Below, piece by piece: positions 44,142 through 44,409 of a stretch of DNA of 44,409 nucleotides. This stretch comes from Escherichia phage MirsaeidiM_Esher4. Position numbers and translations under genes: made by a program. How positions within the stretch are numbered: position 1 is the stretch's first letter; each line of letters opens with the position of its first letter. The notes under the pieces are model-generated. The model worked only from the letters and a program-made list of their open reading frames with translations, was not told where the DNA came from and did no database searches. The stretch lies in the sequence record PQ579973.1; one strand, written 5' to 3'.

Positions 44142-44409
44142 ATGATACCCACCGAAAAAGTAGCTAAGAGTATGTGGCTGCGTGCGAATTATCCCGCGAA
44201 CAAAAGCAGCAAAACTAGGCGCGCAACTATATGCGATTTTGGCATAAATGACGCCGATTATGTAGTTAGTCCTAAGATAAACGGCAACCGTGAGCCGTGT
44301 CCGGCGTACGCTACATGGCGAGGGATGATCCAACGTTGTACAGACACCGAGTATAAAAACAAAAGGCCTGCGTACAGAGATGTAACTGTGTGGCATGGGT
44401 GGCAAAGGT
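44142..44409 (+). CDS. AP2-domain putative homing-endonuclease-like protein, N-terminal part (continues at 1..438)
   Basis: ATG 44142 with TAGGAG RBS; frame runs into the terminal repeat in phase with ORF 34..438; combined product about 216 aa. Confidence 0.6.
   Translation, partial: MIPTEKVAKSMWLRANYPANKSSKTRRATICDFGINDADYVVSPKINGNREPCPAYATWRGMIQRCTDTEYKNKRPAYRDVTVWHGWQR
44355..44409. repeat. Terminal direct repeat (copy of 1..55)
   Basis: Exact 55-bp identity with window start. Confidence 0.9.

Noticed and set aside
1-44409. Prophage or temperate lifestyle (integrase, attachment sites), tRNA genes, CRISPR arrays
   Set aside because: No integrase or recombinase-like ORF, no tRNA-like sequence and no spaced direct-repeat array were seen; the XRE regulator alone is not taken as evidence of lysogeny.

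Overview
The window looks like one complete, wrapped genome (about 44.35 kb unit length) of a tailed dsDNA bacteriophage with a siphovirus-type tail module; the first 55 bp are identical to the last 55 bp. No integrase, tRNA or CRISPR array was found, so it reads as a virulent-type phage that nonetheless carries a small XRE repressor-like regulator. All calls are from reading the sequence and ORF translations by eye; no database search or folding was run. The genome has two divergent arms leaving a control region at about 24.8-25.3 kb. The plus arm (25.2-37.2 kb) carries replication and recombination genes: AlpA-like HTH, primase/helicase, Cas4-like nuclease, DUF2815-like SSB, family A DNA polymerase, VRR-NUC, C5 cytosine methyltransferase and an SNF2-like helicase. 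The minus arm runs from about 24.8 kb down through small early genes, a holin-endolysin cassette, terminase, portal, capsid, spanins, connectors and tail genes, then wraps past the window junction to the distal tail proteins and tailspike, ending at a bidirectional terminator near 37.2 kb. Three HNH and/or AP2 homing-endonuclease-like genes interrupt the modules. The most interesting signals are: (1) two paralogous roughly 170-bp non-coding modules, each with a conserved TTGACT-N17-TAAGCT promoter-like element, conserved hairpins, a variable hairpin and a downstream terminator hairpin, suggesting small RNAs or antitermination cassettes; (2) a repeated roughly 20-bp operator overlapping at least five promoters; (3) an opposite-strand island inside the tail cluster encoding a secreted protein, an HTH-metallophosphoesterase, a HAD phosphatase and a dNMP-kinase-like protein; (4) a methyltransferase whose catalytic motifs are split across two overlapping reading frames.
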